Assembly (NCBI GenBank): GCA_011364985.1
Contig: RDOC01000005.1
Location: 1 to 64,000, forward strand
Length of the DNA: 64,000 nucleotides
Reading direction: 5' to 3'
Source of the DNA: Candidatus Thorarchaeota archaeon
GTDB taxonomy: Archaea; Asgardarchaeota; Thorarchaeia; Thorarchaeales; Thorarchaeaceae
Shown here: piece after piece, positions 9,047 through 18,627 of the stretch
Numbering within the stretch: the first letter of the stretch is position 1
How the letters are laid out: every line of letters starts with the position of its first letter
The notes under the pieces: generated by a model
What the model saw: only the letters and a program-made list of their open reading frames with translations
Told to the model about the DNA's origin: nothing
The model's database searches: none
Translations under genes and position numbers: made by a program

Positions 9047-10851
9047 GTGGACATATGGTTGCTGATGAGGAAGAGAGGACCTATGCCTACTCTGATGGAG
9101 ACCTGTTGAAAAGAATGATAAGATATCTTCTAGCCTACAGGCGAAGATTCGCAGCAGTGTCAGTTCTCGTGGCTCTTAGCATCGGGGTCGATATATGGAT
9201 TCCTTTTGTTCTTCGCCAAGCTATCGACGTTGATTTCGGAAGTGGAAATGCTCAGGCTCTGCTCTTCACCTCTCTGCTCTATATTGTGCTGCAGATTGCA
9301 GCATGGTTGACAACCTTTGCTTACGAATACATTATGGCAACTATGGGTCAGCATGCAATATACACTATGCGACAAGAGTTGTATGATCATCTTCAAGGAA
9401 TGTCGCAGGATTTCTACGATAAATCCTCATCCGGAAGAATAATCTCGCGTCTGATTAATGATGTAGAAAGGATGAGCGAGCTCCTTAGCGAGGGCTTGTT
9501 CAGTTCATTCGCTCAGATTTTCATAGTATTAGCCATAGGAACTGTCATCTTCACCGTTGACATCCAGCTCGCACTCATTACTCTTGGAGTTGTCCCTGTT
9601 CTGTTGGTCACAACAATCTACTTCAGGAGATATCTAAGAGAGGCATACCGGCGAACCCGCAAAACCATTTCAAGTGTCACCTCCAACTTTGCTGAGAGCA
9701 TTTCAGGAGCGAAGGAGACTAAGAGCTTCACAAGAGAGAAGAAAAGCATGGATCGCTTTACCGAAGTGAACAGAAAGGATTACCAGTCCAACGTGGATGC
9801 TGGCAAGGCAAATGCAACCTTCTTCCCCTCAATCCGATTTATCAGCGGATTGGGTGTGTTTCTCATTCTTCTAGTTGGAGGCAGTCGACTAATTCAGGGA
9901 ACAATCACGTTGGGAACGGTTGTTATGTTCATTCAGTTTAGTGATCGATTCTTCCGTCCAATTCTAACGATTGCAAACTTCTACACCTCAGTACAAAGCG
10001 CATTTGCAGGCGCAGAACGAGTCTTCACGGTGCTCGATACCGAGCCAACTGTAAGGGACAAGCCCGACGCAATTCCACTACCGCCCATTAAGGGAAACAT
10101 CACTTTTGACCATGTGCACTTTGGATATCTTGAAGACATACCAGTTCTCAAGGACTTCGAACTTGAGATTCAAGCTGGAGAGACAATTGCACTCGTTGGC
10201 GACACAGGCGCAGGAAAGACCACTGTCATCAACCTACTCAACAGGTTCTATGACGTTTGGAGTGGATCGGTGCGCGTTGATGGATTTGACGTAAGAGATT
10301 TAACACTTGAGTCGCTTCGATCTCGGATAGGAGTCGTGCTTCAGAGCCCCTTCCTCTTCATGGGAACTGTTCGAGACAATATTAGGTATGGAAAACATGA
10401 TGCATCAGAGGAGGAGTTGCTTGATGCAGTTGAAGCCATTGGTGCTAGTAGGGTTCTGAGCAACCTTGAGAATGGCCTTGAGACTGAGGTTGGTGAGCGA
10501 GGAGCGAGACTCTCTGAGGGAGAGCGTCAGCTTGTCAGCTTTGCACGTGCACTCCTTGCAGATCCGAGCATTCTGATTCTTGACGAGGCGACAAGTTCCG
10601 TTGATATCTATACTGAGTATGCTATACAACGAGGAATGAAAAGACTTCTCAAGAATAGAACATCCATAGTGATTGCCCATCGCCTTTCGACCATTGTTAA
10701 TGCAGACCGAATTGTGGTCCTAGAAAATGGGGAAATAGTTGAGGCTGGTAAGCATTCAGAACTAATGGCCCTAAAAGGCAAGTACTATTCACTTTATGAA
10801 TTGCAGATTCATCCTAGAGCAATGAAAGTACCATCCAAAGACAGAGAATAA
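9043..10851 (+). CDS. ABC exporter, fused permease/ATPase (heterodimer subunit 2)
   Basis: 6 TM helices + GDTGAGKT, degenerate LSEGERQ, ILDEATS. Confidence 0.95.
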   Translation: MSGHMVADEEERTYAYSDGDLLKRMIRYLLAYRRRFAAVSVLVALSIGVDIWIPFVLRQAIDVDFGSGNAQALLFTSLLYIVLQIAAWLTTFAYEYIMATMGQHAIYTMRQELYDHLQGMSQDFYDKSSSGRIISRLINDVERMSELLSEGLFSSFAQIFIVLAIGTVIFTVDIQLALITLGVVPVLLVTTIYFRRYLREAYRRTRKTISSVTSNFAESISGAKETKSFTREKKSMDRFTEVNRKDYQSNVDAGKANATFFPSIRFISGLGVFLILLVGGSRLIQGTITLGTVVMFIQFSDRFFRPILTIANFYTSVQSAFAGAERVFTVLDTEPTVRDKPDAIPLPPIKGNITFDHVHFGYLEDIPVLKDFELEIQAGETIALVGDTGAGKTTVINLLNRFYDVWSGSVRVDGFDVRDLTLESLRSRIGVVLQSPFLFMGTVRDNIRYGKHDASEEELLDAVEAIGASRVLSNLENGLETEVGERGARLSEGERQLVSFARALLADPSILILDEATSSVDIYTEYAIQRGMKRLLKNRTSIVIAHRLSTIVNADRIVVLENGEIVEAGKHSELMALKGKYYSLYELQIHPRAMKVPSKDRE

Positions 10852-10914
10852 AGAAGGATGGCAGTCTCCACCGAGGGGCAGAGACCTAGTCAATACACCA
10901 TTCTTAGTAGTGGA

Positions 10915-11682
10915 CTAATCATCCCAGTCAAAGTCATCAACATTGTCATAAGCATACTGAGCATTCTTCACGGACTTAAGGGAAGTCCATGAACCAAGGC
11001 TTGAAAGACCCCTCATTGCCTCACCTACTGCTCGGCCAATAGCTGGACCAATCTCAGCAAGACCTTCAAGTCCTACAATTCCATCCTTGGTGACAGCGAT
11101 ATCCCTTCCATGTTTTCCTCGGATCCTAACACCGGACTTGTCAACTGAAACTATATTATCATCACCTACTGCAAAAACATTCTTGCCATGTATGAAGACC
11201 AGTTCCTTGTCATCCTTGGCCACCAGAATAATTGACTTTTCATCGCTATCTTTGCCTAGGAGGATACTCCCCTTTCCAGTTTCGATACTAGTTCTATGAT
11301 CACCATTGACTTGATCTTGAATCTTGTTCATGGACGCCTTAACGAATGCGTCATTGCTGCCATAACCGAGAGCCCTAGCATCATTTTCGCTAGCTGATTC
11401 GGATTTGTTCTCGAGCCTCGTAACGCCCAGATAGAGCTGAATTCCCTTAAGGCAAGGCTTGACAGATTCGCCAACAGCACCATATTCAGTTTCCGCAATC
11501 GCATCCACTACGAGTTGGGATGGCCCGTCAAAGGCAATTCCAACCCTGTTTCCATCATGCTTGAGGTATACAAAGATGCAACCTCTTTCAAGAGTGAGGA
11601 TTGCTTTCTTATGCGAGATCAATTCGTGTGTATTCCTCAGCATCATCACTGGTCCATCAACTTCAAGTTTCTTCATTACCAT
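10915..11682 (-). CDS. Hypothetical beta-rich protein coupled to the upstream regulator
   Basis: 255-aa ORF overlapping the upstream stop; acidic DDFDWDD tail. Confidence 0.8.
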   Translation of the reverse strand: MVMKKLEVDGPVMMLRNTHELISHKKAILTLERGCIFVYLKHDGNRVGIAFDGPSQLVVDAIAETEYGAVGESVKPCLKGIQLYLGVTRLENKSESASENDARALGYGSNDAFVKASMNKIQDQVNGDHRTSIETGKGSILLGKDSDEKSIILVAKDDKELVFIHGKNVFAVGDDNIVSVDKSGVRIRGKHGRDIAVTKDGIVGLEGLAEIGPAIGRAVGEAMRGLSSLGSWTSLKSVKNAQYAYDNVDDFDWDD

Positions 11683-12494
11683 TCATCCTCCTCATCCGAA
11701 AAATCAAGTTCTTCCACATTGATTCCAAAACCATTGGTGTCATCATCAATGTCAACTTCGGACTTAGGAAGGTCTTCCTCCTTGTCCCTTACCACCCGAA
11801 CAATTCTGCTCTCCCCGTTCTCGCCGGACTTAGAACGTTCTCGCTCGACCTGACTTGTGAGCCACTGAGCAAGGCGGTAGGCTAAGCGACCTTCCACGGT
11901 GACATAGTAAGTACCTCGCACTTCACCTTTTATCACATAGCCAGCTTCAAGAAGGGAGTTCAGATGATGTGTGAGTGAACTGCCAGTCTTACCTGTATGG
12001 TTCTCCAATTCATTGAAGGTCTTGCCGCCTTCTCTCAAGAAATCAAGAATACGAAGGCGTTCCTCACTTCCAAGGGGATTTACTATTCGAGCCACTCGTT
12101 CCGGAGATATTGCCTCAACTTCCTTGTCTCGTTTTGTTCTCCGTCGAGCAGTTCTGGGGCTTATGCGAATCTTCTTTCCTAAAGACTTAGAGAATCTTTC
12201 TCCGATTTCACTACCTATATCTTCGATGCCACTTAGTGAGAAACGTATTTGTTCGCCCAAGTCATCCATCATCACATCCAAACTTTCCATGAGAGGATCA
12301 AGGTCAATACTTGCTGTCCGTCTCGCTCTTGGAGATCGCAAAGGTCGAACAGGTTTGGCAGATCTCGATTGCCGCTCATGACTTCTCAGTGTTTTTTTCT
12401 CTTGACGGAGATCTTCGAGCTCCTTTTGAAGGTCAACTCTTATTCTTTGAATCTCCTTGAGCTCTTCCTTGATTTTGTCGATATCTTCTGGCAT
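11676..12494 (-). CDS. ArsR-family wHTH regulator with N-terminal coiled coil
   Basis: LGSEERLRILDFL...TFNELENHTGKTGSSLTHHLNSLLEAGYV; heptad-like N-terminus. Confidence 0.88.
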   Translation of the reverse strand: MPEDIDKIKEELKEIQRIRVDLQKELEDLRQEKKTLRSHERQSRSAKPVRPLRSPRARRTASIDLDPLMESLDVMMDDLGEQIRFSLSGIEDIGSEIGERFSKSLGKKIRISPRTARRRTKRDKEVEAISPERVARIVNPLGSEERLRILDFLREGGKTFNELENHTGKTGSSLTHHLNSLLEAGYVIKGEVRGTYYVTVEGRLAYRLAQWLTSQVERERSKSGENGESRIVRVVRDKEEDLPKSEVDIDDDTNGFGINVEELDFSDEEDEW

Positions 12495-12506
12495 CTTTGA
12501 TTCATC

Positions 12507-12537
12507 AACTGTAATAATGTACAGTTTTAGTTAAAAA
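12507..12537 (-). promoter_or_regulatory. TATA box plus inverted-repeat operator of the ArsR operon
   Basis: AACTGTA-n6-TACAGTT at 12507-12526, between TTTTTAAC (minus, 12537-12530) and ATG 12494. Confidence 0.65.
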
Positions 12538-12614
12538 CTATTCGGTCGAAGTACATTCGGATGAGTCTGTTGTAGGTAATCGTCTATCAAAATGTCGAGG
12601 GACTGCAAGAACGG

Positions 12615-12728
12615 GCGCGAAATAGGTATTTCGTGCAGGTCACGCAGCATAGCCTTTTAAGCAACTTAGGCGCATTTAAGCCACCTTTAAGGAGGTGTGT
12701 ACTAGACGCGCCATAGGTGCGTTCTAGG
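12615..12728 (+). promoter_or_regulatory. Histone promoter: upstream palindrome, TATA box and structured 5' leader
   Basis: GCGCGAAATA-GG-TATTTCGTGC (12615-12636); TTTTAA about 12655-12660; hairpins CACCT/AGGTG (12682-12697) and CTAGACGCGCC-ATA-GGTGCGTTCTAG (12702-12727). Confidence 0.55.
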
Positions 12729-12753
12729 CAGCTTTGAAGGGATGTGTGAAGAA

Positions 12754-12948
12754 TTGGCTAAAGCGAAGAAAAGTTACCCAACCTTTTTTGTAAAGTCAGC
12801 AGTGAAGGAGTTTGCCAAGCAGAACGATATGATGGTTGGCTCCGATGCCTATGATGCAATCAACGTGCAGATTGGCAAGATGTTGGAAGCTGCTGCGGTA
12901 AGATGCAAAGAGAACAAGAGGAAAACCTTGAAGGCTTACGATCTGTGA
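12754..12948 (+). CDS. Archaeal histone-fold protein with truncated alpha3 helix
   Basis: TTG start; KSAVKEFAK...MMVGSDAYDAIN...AAVRCKENKRKTLKAYDL* (RxTxxxxD motif, then one residue and stop). Confidence 0.88.
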   Translation: MAKAKKSYPTFFVKSAVKEFAKQNDMMVGSDAYDAINVQIGKMLEAAAVRCKENKRKTLKAYDL

Positions 12949-12969
12949 GCATTCGAGCAGTAGTATCAA

Positions 12970-12999
12970 CTGGGGGGCAGCCCTTGGTTGCCCCACCAG
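12970..12999 (+). terminator. GC-rich hairpin after the histone gene
   Basis: CTGG-GGGGCAGCC-CTT-GGTTGCCCC-A-CCAG followed by T-rich sequence. Confidence 0.7.
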
Positions 13000-13100
13000 C
13001 TCTCTGATTTTTCGTTTCGATGCAGTTCTTTTTTCCGAGATATTATGCGCAGAAGAGTAGTATTATAGAGACACAAAAGCATAGTACTTCACTGGTTGTT

Positions 13101-13367
13101 ATGAAGCTTGAACATAACGGTGAGGAGCATCCAGCTGGTTACTATGTATGCGTATTGGCAAGTTTGTTACCAATATGCTTCTTGATTCTCTATCCCCTAA
13201 CGTATACAGGACTAGAAGCTTTGCCTTGGGCATTACTGATGTTAGCCGTTGTGATTCTACCTATTCTTAGCTGTGGGCTGGATTTCAGAGGTAGGCCTCT
13301 CTTTCAGTTTCATTACCATGGGATACCATTCAAAGACGAGATCATGGACCTAGCAGATGATGAATGA
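13101..13367 (+). CDS. Small 2-TM hypothetical protein
   Basis: ATG 13101; two hydrophobic helices. Confidence 0.55.
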   Translation: MKLEHNGEEHPAGYYVCVLASLLPICFLILYPLTYTGLEALPWALLMLAVVILPILSCGLDFRGRPLFQFHYHGIPFKDEIMDLADDE

Positions 13368-13744
13368 ATCGAAGACTAATGTAAGATCTAATCATTCTCT
13401 TTGTGGACGTAGAACGGAGTGTCAGATGATAGCCGAGTAAGATTGCGTTCTGCAGTAGTCGCTTTCCCAAGTCCAAAGACATATTTCGCTGATTCAGGGT
13501 TGTAATCCAGAAGAGATGCCCTCCAAATATCCATATCCGATAGGGAATGCGATTAGCACTGCCTCTATGACTGCTTTCTATACGCCTGCTATAGAGGTAG
13601 AAAGAGAGGATGACTACGCCAGTTCCAAGAACCAAATAGATTGGCAACATTATTGTTAACAATAGTTCGTCGTTCTCTCTGATATTTTGCATCCGTTGCT
13701 GATGGTTTTCAAGGTCATTCCCTCACGCAAAGGGCTGCACAAGT

Positions 13745-14797
13745 TTGTTCCTTAAATGGACGGATATATGCGGCTCAAGTAGAAGCATAATGCCATTTTC
13801 TCCACTTCTTCCTTGTCATAGAGCCATCCCATCGCGAAAAAAAGCCTCGGTTCCTTCATATGCCCCGGAAAAGGGCTGGAAGTGGATGCCCACAGAAACT
13901 GGCTCGAAATTAAATCCCCGAGAATTCATCGAAGTTCCATTGAATGTTGACAGCTATAAGGACGTTGAGAAAGTCATCAACCAACTCAAACCCCTTAACG
14001 ACAACCAAATCAGAGAACTGAAGAAACGTCTTGGAAATCTAACTCAAACTGAGGCGTTCATGTATGCACTAGGTTCTCTTGTTTCTGATGGTACTAGCCA
14101 ACAAGCCAATGATTCCACACTTTCTTCATCCAGACTAAATATTGGTTTGGGAAAGAGCTACACATGGAGCGAGAATTATGGAGATGCCACATGCCTAGCT
14201 CTTGGAATGATTGGAATACGTGCTGGACGTATCAGAGGAGAACCTCCAAAGGTTTCATCGAGTTTAATAGAATCATCAGGTAAGCATCGTTGGCAAAGCC
14301 AATACAGCCCACTAATCAATTGGATGAGAAATCATGCACTTGGGCTTAAGCCTAGTGAATTGAAGACCTACGACTCAATAAGAGCTAGTTGGATTCTTGA
14401 AGCTCCGGAATCGTGGAAGATACCATTTCTCCAAGGTGTTTGTGATGGCGACGGTTGTGCATCAGTCGCATCACAATACCTCAGTATAGGAACTTCTGCA
14501 AACACAGAATTCTTTCAGGATTTGCTCGAGTCCATGAATATCAAATCACATGAAGGTGACGGAGCAGTAGCAATTACCTCACATGAGTCAATGAAAAGAG
14601 CTGCTGAAATAGGAATATTCAGGTATGCAACTGGCAGAAAGGAGAATCTTATCAAACTGGATAGCATGATGAGAACATACGACAACTCGAGAGAGCTGAG
14701 ATCAGCTGAGATTGCTATTGTCAAAGAAATGAGAGGACAGGGGAAGTCCTGGGGAAAGATAGCTGAGGAACTCTTCGACCTGTTTGGATATACCTAG
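13745..14797 (+). mobile_element. Free-standing double-motif LAGLIDADG endonuclease-like gene with C-terminal HTH cut by TAG
   Basis: YALGSLVSDG and FLQGVCDGDG motifs; KSWGKIAEEL HTH continues past TAG 14795-14797 to TAA 14843-14845; true start uncertain. Confidence 0.75.
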
Positions 14798-14890
14798 CCA
14801 TACTATACCGTAAAGCGCAGAACAAGGAAACTAGGCATTGAATAAAGGGAAAAGGCCTGCCTGAATTGTCGACCTAGGCAAGCTAGAACT

Positions 14891-16090
14891 CTATCTATCA
14901 GACTGGAGTTTCTTAATCTCCTCTATGATTGCAGGTACAACCTCGAAGATGTCACCAACAATTCCGAAGTCTGCAATCTCAAAGATTGGAGCTTCAGGGT
15001 CTTTATTGATGGCTATGATGATTTCACTGCTGCTCATGCCGCTACAATGTTGAATGGCGCCAGAGATTCCAAGTGCGAAATAAAGACTTGGAGAGATGGT
15101 TCGACCGGATTGACCCACCTGTTGAGTGGGCGGAAGCCATCCGGCATCGACAATAGGCCGAGACCCGCCAACAGCAGCATTGAGTAAATCTGCAAGCTCT
15201 TGTGGAAGAGTAAGATTGGAGGGGTCCTTTATCCCGCGGCCGCTGCAGACGACAATATCTGCCTCCTCAACGGATTTCATTCCTTCAACAACTTCCTTGA
15301 CATGTTCAAGCACTCTAGTCCTGACTTGGTTAGCTCCGATCTTGACCTCAACCTTCTCTATATCGCCGGTGCATGATGTATCACGGTCACTGGGTTTGAA
15401 TACATTCGGCCGGACAGTTGCCATCTGGGGTCGCGTGTACGGGCAGAGAATCTCTGCCATGATGTTGCCTCCAAACGCCGGTCTTGTCTGTACCAGCTGT
15501 CGCTCATCGTCAATGTCGAGACCTGTGCAATCGGCTGTGAGGCCCAAGGCCATTCTAGCAGCAACTCGAGGTGCTAGGTCCCGACCATTGTTTGTTGCTC
15601 CATAGAGGACAATTGATGGCTTCCGCGGAGCTATCAAGGTGACCATGGCAATGGTGTAGGCATCAGTCGTATAGTCGGCGAATATCTTATCGTCTACAAG
15701 TAGAACCCTGTCTGCCCCCTGATGAATCAGAAACTCAGCTAAATGTTCTACTTCATGTCCAATTAAAACTGCAATCACGTTTTCTCCGAGTTTATCGGCA
15801 AGCTCTCGAGCCTTTGTCACCAGCTCGAAGGCAACACCCCTTAGTTTGCCCTCAGCGGTTTCGCACCAGACCCAAACGTCCTTGTATTCAGCAATCTTCT
15901 CCTTGTCAACGGTCTTGCGTTCGATTCCGATTGCGTCCTCGGGACAGATCTCCTCACAGGAACCGCATAGAACACACTTGTCAAGATCGAATTTGACCTT
16001 GTCACCGTCCTTCTCAATGGCTCCAAAATTGCAGACTTTTGGACAAAGCATACAGCCTGTACATTTCTCTTTATCATAGATTAGGCCCAT
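14891..16090 (-). CDS. etfA: Electron transfer flavoprotein alpha subunit with N-terminal 2x[4Fe-4S] ferredoxin
   Basis: CTGCMLCPKVC and CVLCGSCEEICP; GLTADCT, QTRPAFGG, QVGQSG, GISGAIQH. Confidence 0.95.
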   Translation of the reverse strand: MGLIYDKEKCTGCMLCPKVCNFGAIEKDGDKVKFDLDKCVLCGSCEEICPEDAIGIERKTVDKEKIAEYKDVWVWCETAEGKLRGVAFELVTKARELADKLGENVIAVLIGHEVEHLAEFLIHQGADRVLLVDDKIFADYTTDAYTIAMVTLIAPRKPSIVLYGATNNGRDLAPRVAARMALGLTADCTGLDIDDERQLVQTRPAFGGNIMAEILCPYTRPQMATVRPNVFKPSDRDTSCTGDIEKVEVKIGANQVRTRVLEHVKEVVEGMKSVEEADIVVCSGRGIKDPSNLTLPQELADLLNAAVGGSRPIVDAGWLPPTQQVGQSGRTISPSLYFALGISGAIQHCSGMSSSEIIIAINKDPEAPIFEIADFGIVGDIFEVVPAIIEEIKKLQSDR

Positions 16091-16093
16091 TTC

Positions 16094-16882
16094 TTAGATC
16101 GCCCCTTTCTTTGCAAGGAATTCAACCAGCTGCCTGGCGGCCTCCTTTGCATCAACATCCTGAAGCTTAATGCCTCCGCTCTTCCTCTCAGGAGGAAACA
16201 CTTTTCGAACGGTGGTAGGAGAGCCCTTCAGACCCAAATCGTCTTCAGGTACGCCAAGTGTGGCTGCATCTATCTCTTCAAGTGGCTTCTTCTTCGCCTT
16301 CATTATACCCATAATATTTGGGAGTCTTGGTTCATTGAGGCCTTTCGTTGCAGTAAGAAGCACTGGCATTTTGGCTTTGATGACATCATATCCATCATCA
16401 GTTTCTCGATGAGCAATAACATGCTTTCCGTCTTCGTCAATCTCAAGATGGCGCACATAGCATATCTGGGGAATTCCAAGCAGTTCTGCAATCTCCGGAC
16501 CGACCTGTGCAGTGTCGCCGTCAATTGCTTGTTTGCCGCAGATCACCAAGTCGTATTCCATCTTCTTGATTTGTCGTGCAAGAGTATAGGCTGTTGCCCA
16601 TGTATCAGCGCCTGCGAAAATTCTATCTGTCAGATGTATTGCCCGGTCGCCGCCCATAGCCAAGGCTTTCCAGAGAGCTTCCTTGGCCTGTGGCGGACCC
16701 ATGGTCATAACTACAACTTCGCCTCCATAATGATCCCTAAGCTTGATTGCTTCCTCAACAGCATATTCGTCAAAGGGGTTTAGAATGCTGGGAACACCAT
16801 CACGTATTAGCGTCCCAGTCTCCTCATTGACCTTGACTTCTGCAACCTCAGGAACCTGTTTCACTGGAACTATGATTTTCAT
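16094..16882 (-). CDS. etfB: Electron transfer flavoprotein beta subunit
   Basis: KQVP, NPFDEYAVE, GADTWAT, GKQAIDGDTAQVG. Confidence 0.96.
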   Translation of the reverse strand: MKIIVPVKQVPEVAEVKVNEETGTLIRDGVPSILNPFDEYAVEEAIKLRDHYGGEVVVMTMGPPQAKEALWKALAMGGDRAIHLTDRIFAGADTWATAYTLARQIKKMEYDLVICGKQAIDGDTAQVGPEIAELLGIPQICYVRHLEIDEDGKHVIAHRETDDGYDVIKAKMPVLLTATKGLNEPRLPNIMGIMKAKKKPLEEIDAATLGVPEDDLGLKGSPTTVRKVFPPERKSGGIKLQDVDAKEAARQLVEFLAKKGAI

Positions 16883-17011
16883 GTAAGCACCTCAGGTCGT
16901 GGGGATTACGTAGCCGGCTTGTAAACTGAGCTCGTTATAAGGCATACGCACACGGAATAGTTCCTTTGAGTGATAGTGAACACAGGAGAGACACAGTAAA
17001 ATAACGGAGAA

Positions 17012-17140
17012 CTAGCCAAACCCCATAATTGCCAGCAAGATGCTCACAATTGCGATTGCAACGCCAAAAACTGCCTTGGGCATCTGAACCCTTCTCTCTT
17101 CATCCCTAAGTTCAGCAGAGACATCATTCATCTTTCTCAT
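17012..17140 (-). CDS. 42-aa tail-anchored small protein (not in ORF track)
   Basis: MRKMNDVSAELRDEERRVQMPKAVFGVAIAIVSILLAIMGFG*; charged N-terminus and single C-terminal TM. Confidence 0.5.
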   Translation of the reverse strand: MRKMNDVSAELRDEERRVQMPKAVFGVAIAIVSILLAIMGFG

Positions 17141-17432
17141 AGCTCATTGAGTGATAGATTAGCTAACCTAGGAAGCAGCGTTCTGGAATTAGATTATTTC
17201 TCCAAGAACGGGATATTAAGTGTGGATTACGCACGAAATAAAAGGGAACCATGACCTATGCACAATTGTGAACCACTGTACACCGGACTGCAGAAATCTC
17301 TCATGAAAGAATTCAGAATGGTGCTCGCATCAAATCCTGATTTTTCTTCTTCAATGAGACAGCTCTAAGCCCTACGTTATGCTTTTAACTTGGGCTATGC
17401 AATTGGATGTAAGTCCCGAAGAAGGAGAGGAA

Positions 17433-17807
17433 ATGATGCAGCTTGATTGGATCATCTCGTATATTCAGGCAGCAATCGAGTTTGTTTTGATATTCACAGT
17501 TATTTTCATGATAGTAAGCATAATGTCATTGGGTTATGCTTTGAATTATGTCGGTGGAAAGAACACCGGCTTCTTTTCATCATCAATCTCGGCGATACTG
17601 ATGGTCATTCTGGTCGTATTCATTCCATGTTTGGGCTGCATAATTGCTCTGTACCTACTCAAGCTTCGCCACAATATTAGCTGGGGAAAGGCAATCATTG
17701 CTGTACTACTTGCAGGGATCATAGCTATTGCAGCCTATATTGTAGTTGCATTCCTGTTCTTGGGTGGTTTGACAGCGATATCTGCACTAATACCATTCCT
17801 CCCGTAG
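17433..17807 (+). CDS. Hypothetical integral membrane protein
   Basis: GGAGAGG RBS before ATG 17433; 3-4 TM helices. Confidence 0.75.
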   Translation: MMQLDWIISYIQAAIEFVLIFTVIFMIVSIMSLGYALNYVGGKNTGFFSSSISAILMVILVVFIPCLGCIIALYLLKLRHNISWGKAIIAVLLAGIIAIAAYIVVAFLFLGGLTAISALIPFLP

Positions 17808-17831
17808 AGTGATTGCACGCCTAAGAGCGTA

Positions 17832-18521
17832 GTGAGGGATAGAATGCACGAGGATAATGAGGAAGACAGAATTCCCTGTGAAGAAATACTCCTCGATGAG
17901 AGAAGAGGGAAGCTGCTCTTCAACAGCGGACATATACTTAGACATCCAATTCTGTTCCTAAGGATTCTGGGCCCCCTCTTGACCGCGCATCATCCATATT
18001 GCACAGAATACGAAGGGCACGTCTTCACGTTCAGACGAAGGCAATGGTGTATTGGCTGCTTCTTTAACACTCTCTCATTCTTCACAGTGCTTGGACTTCT
18101 TGTATTTGGATGGCTTGCTGCTTCCTTTGCCATGAACAGATTCAGCCTCTTTTGGGGAGCAGTTACCTTAGTGACGATTTCCTTTGCCATGAGCAGCCTG
18201 AACCCAACCGACAATAAGTCATTGAAGATTCTTTCCAAGTTGATTCTTGGTTCATCATTTGCATTCATGACCTGGGCAATAATCATTGCAGACGGTTTTG
18301 AGGCGTATATTGAAATTAAAGCTGCAGTAATACTCTCGCTCTATCTGCTCCTAGTATTCGTAATGGCGATTCGAAGAATAACTCAAATCGAAAAGGTCTG
18401 TAAGGGATGCAAGCACAAAATGCGATGGAGTAGATGCCCAGGTTTCAAGATAGTCCTCTGTCCCTTGGTTGAACAGAGCTTTCTCGTGCCTGAGGATTTG
18501 GAAAAGATTCATATTGAATAG
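17832..18521 (+). CDS. Cys/His-rich membrane protein (DUF2085-like)
   Basis: HHPYC...H...WCIGCF, 4 TM helices, C-terminal CKGC...CPG. Confidence 0.7.
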   Translation: MRDRMHEDNEEDRIPCEEILLDERRGKLLFNSGHILRHPILFLRILGPLLTAHHPYCTEYEGHVFTFRRRQWCIGCFFNTLSFFTVLGLLVFGWLAASFAMNRFSLFWGAVTLVTISFAMSSLNPTDNKSLKILSKLILGSSFAFMTWAIIIADGFEAYIEIKAAVILSLYLLLVFVMAIRRITQIEKVCKGCKHKMRWSRCPGFKIVLCPLVEQSFLVPEDLEKIHIE

Positions 18522-18627
18522 AAGATTGAATTGGTTACAGGTACAAATTGCCTCTGCACAATCCTTTTATGAGAGGGCATGTGCTAAACGAATTAGTACC
18601 ATAAAACACCGCTAGAGGTAGTTTTCG

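Noticed and set aside
13342-13692. 116-aa minus ORF next to the LAGLIDADG gene
   Set aside because: Only the first TM looks protein-like; possibly a frameshifted remnant, with insufficient support
762-14797. Genome-wide pyrrolysine (TAG) recoding suggested by in-frame TAGs at 762 and 14795
   Set aside because: TAG ends conserved genes at their normal C-terminus (uS19 ...VPLK-TAG), and the 648-1304 gene also has a TAA
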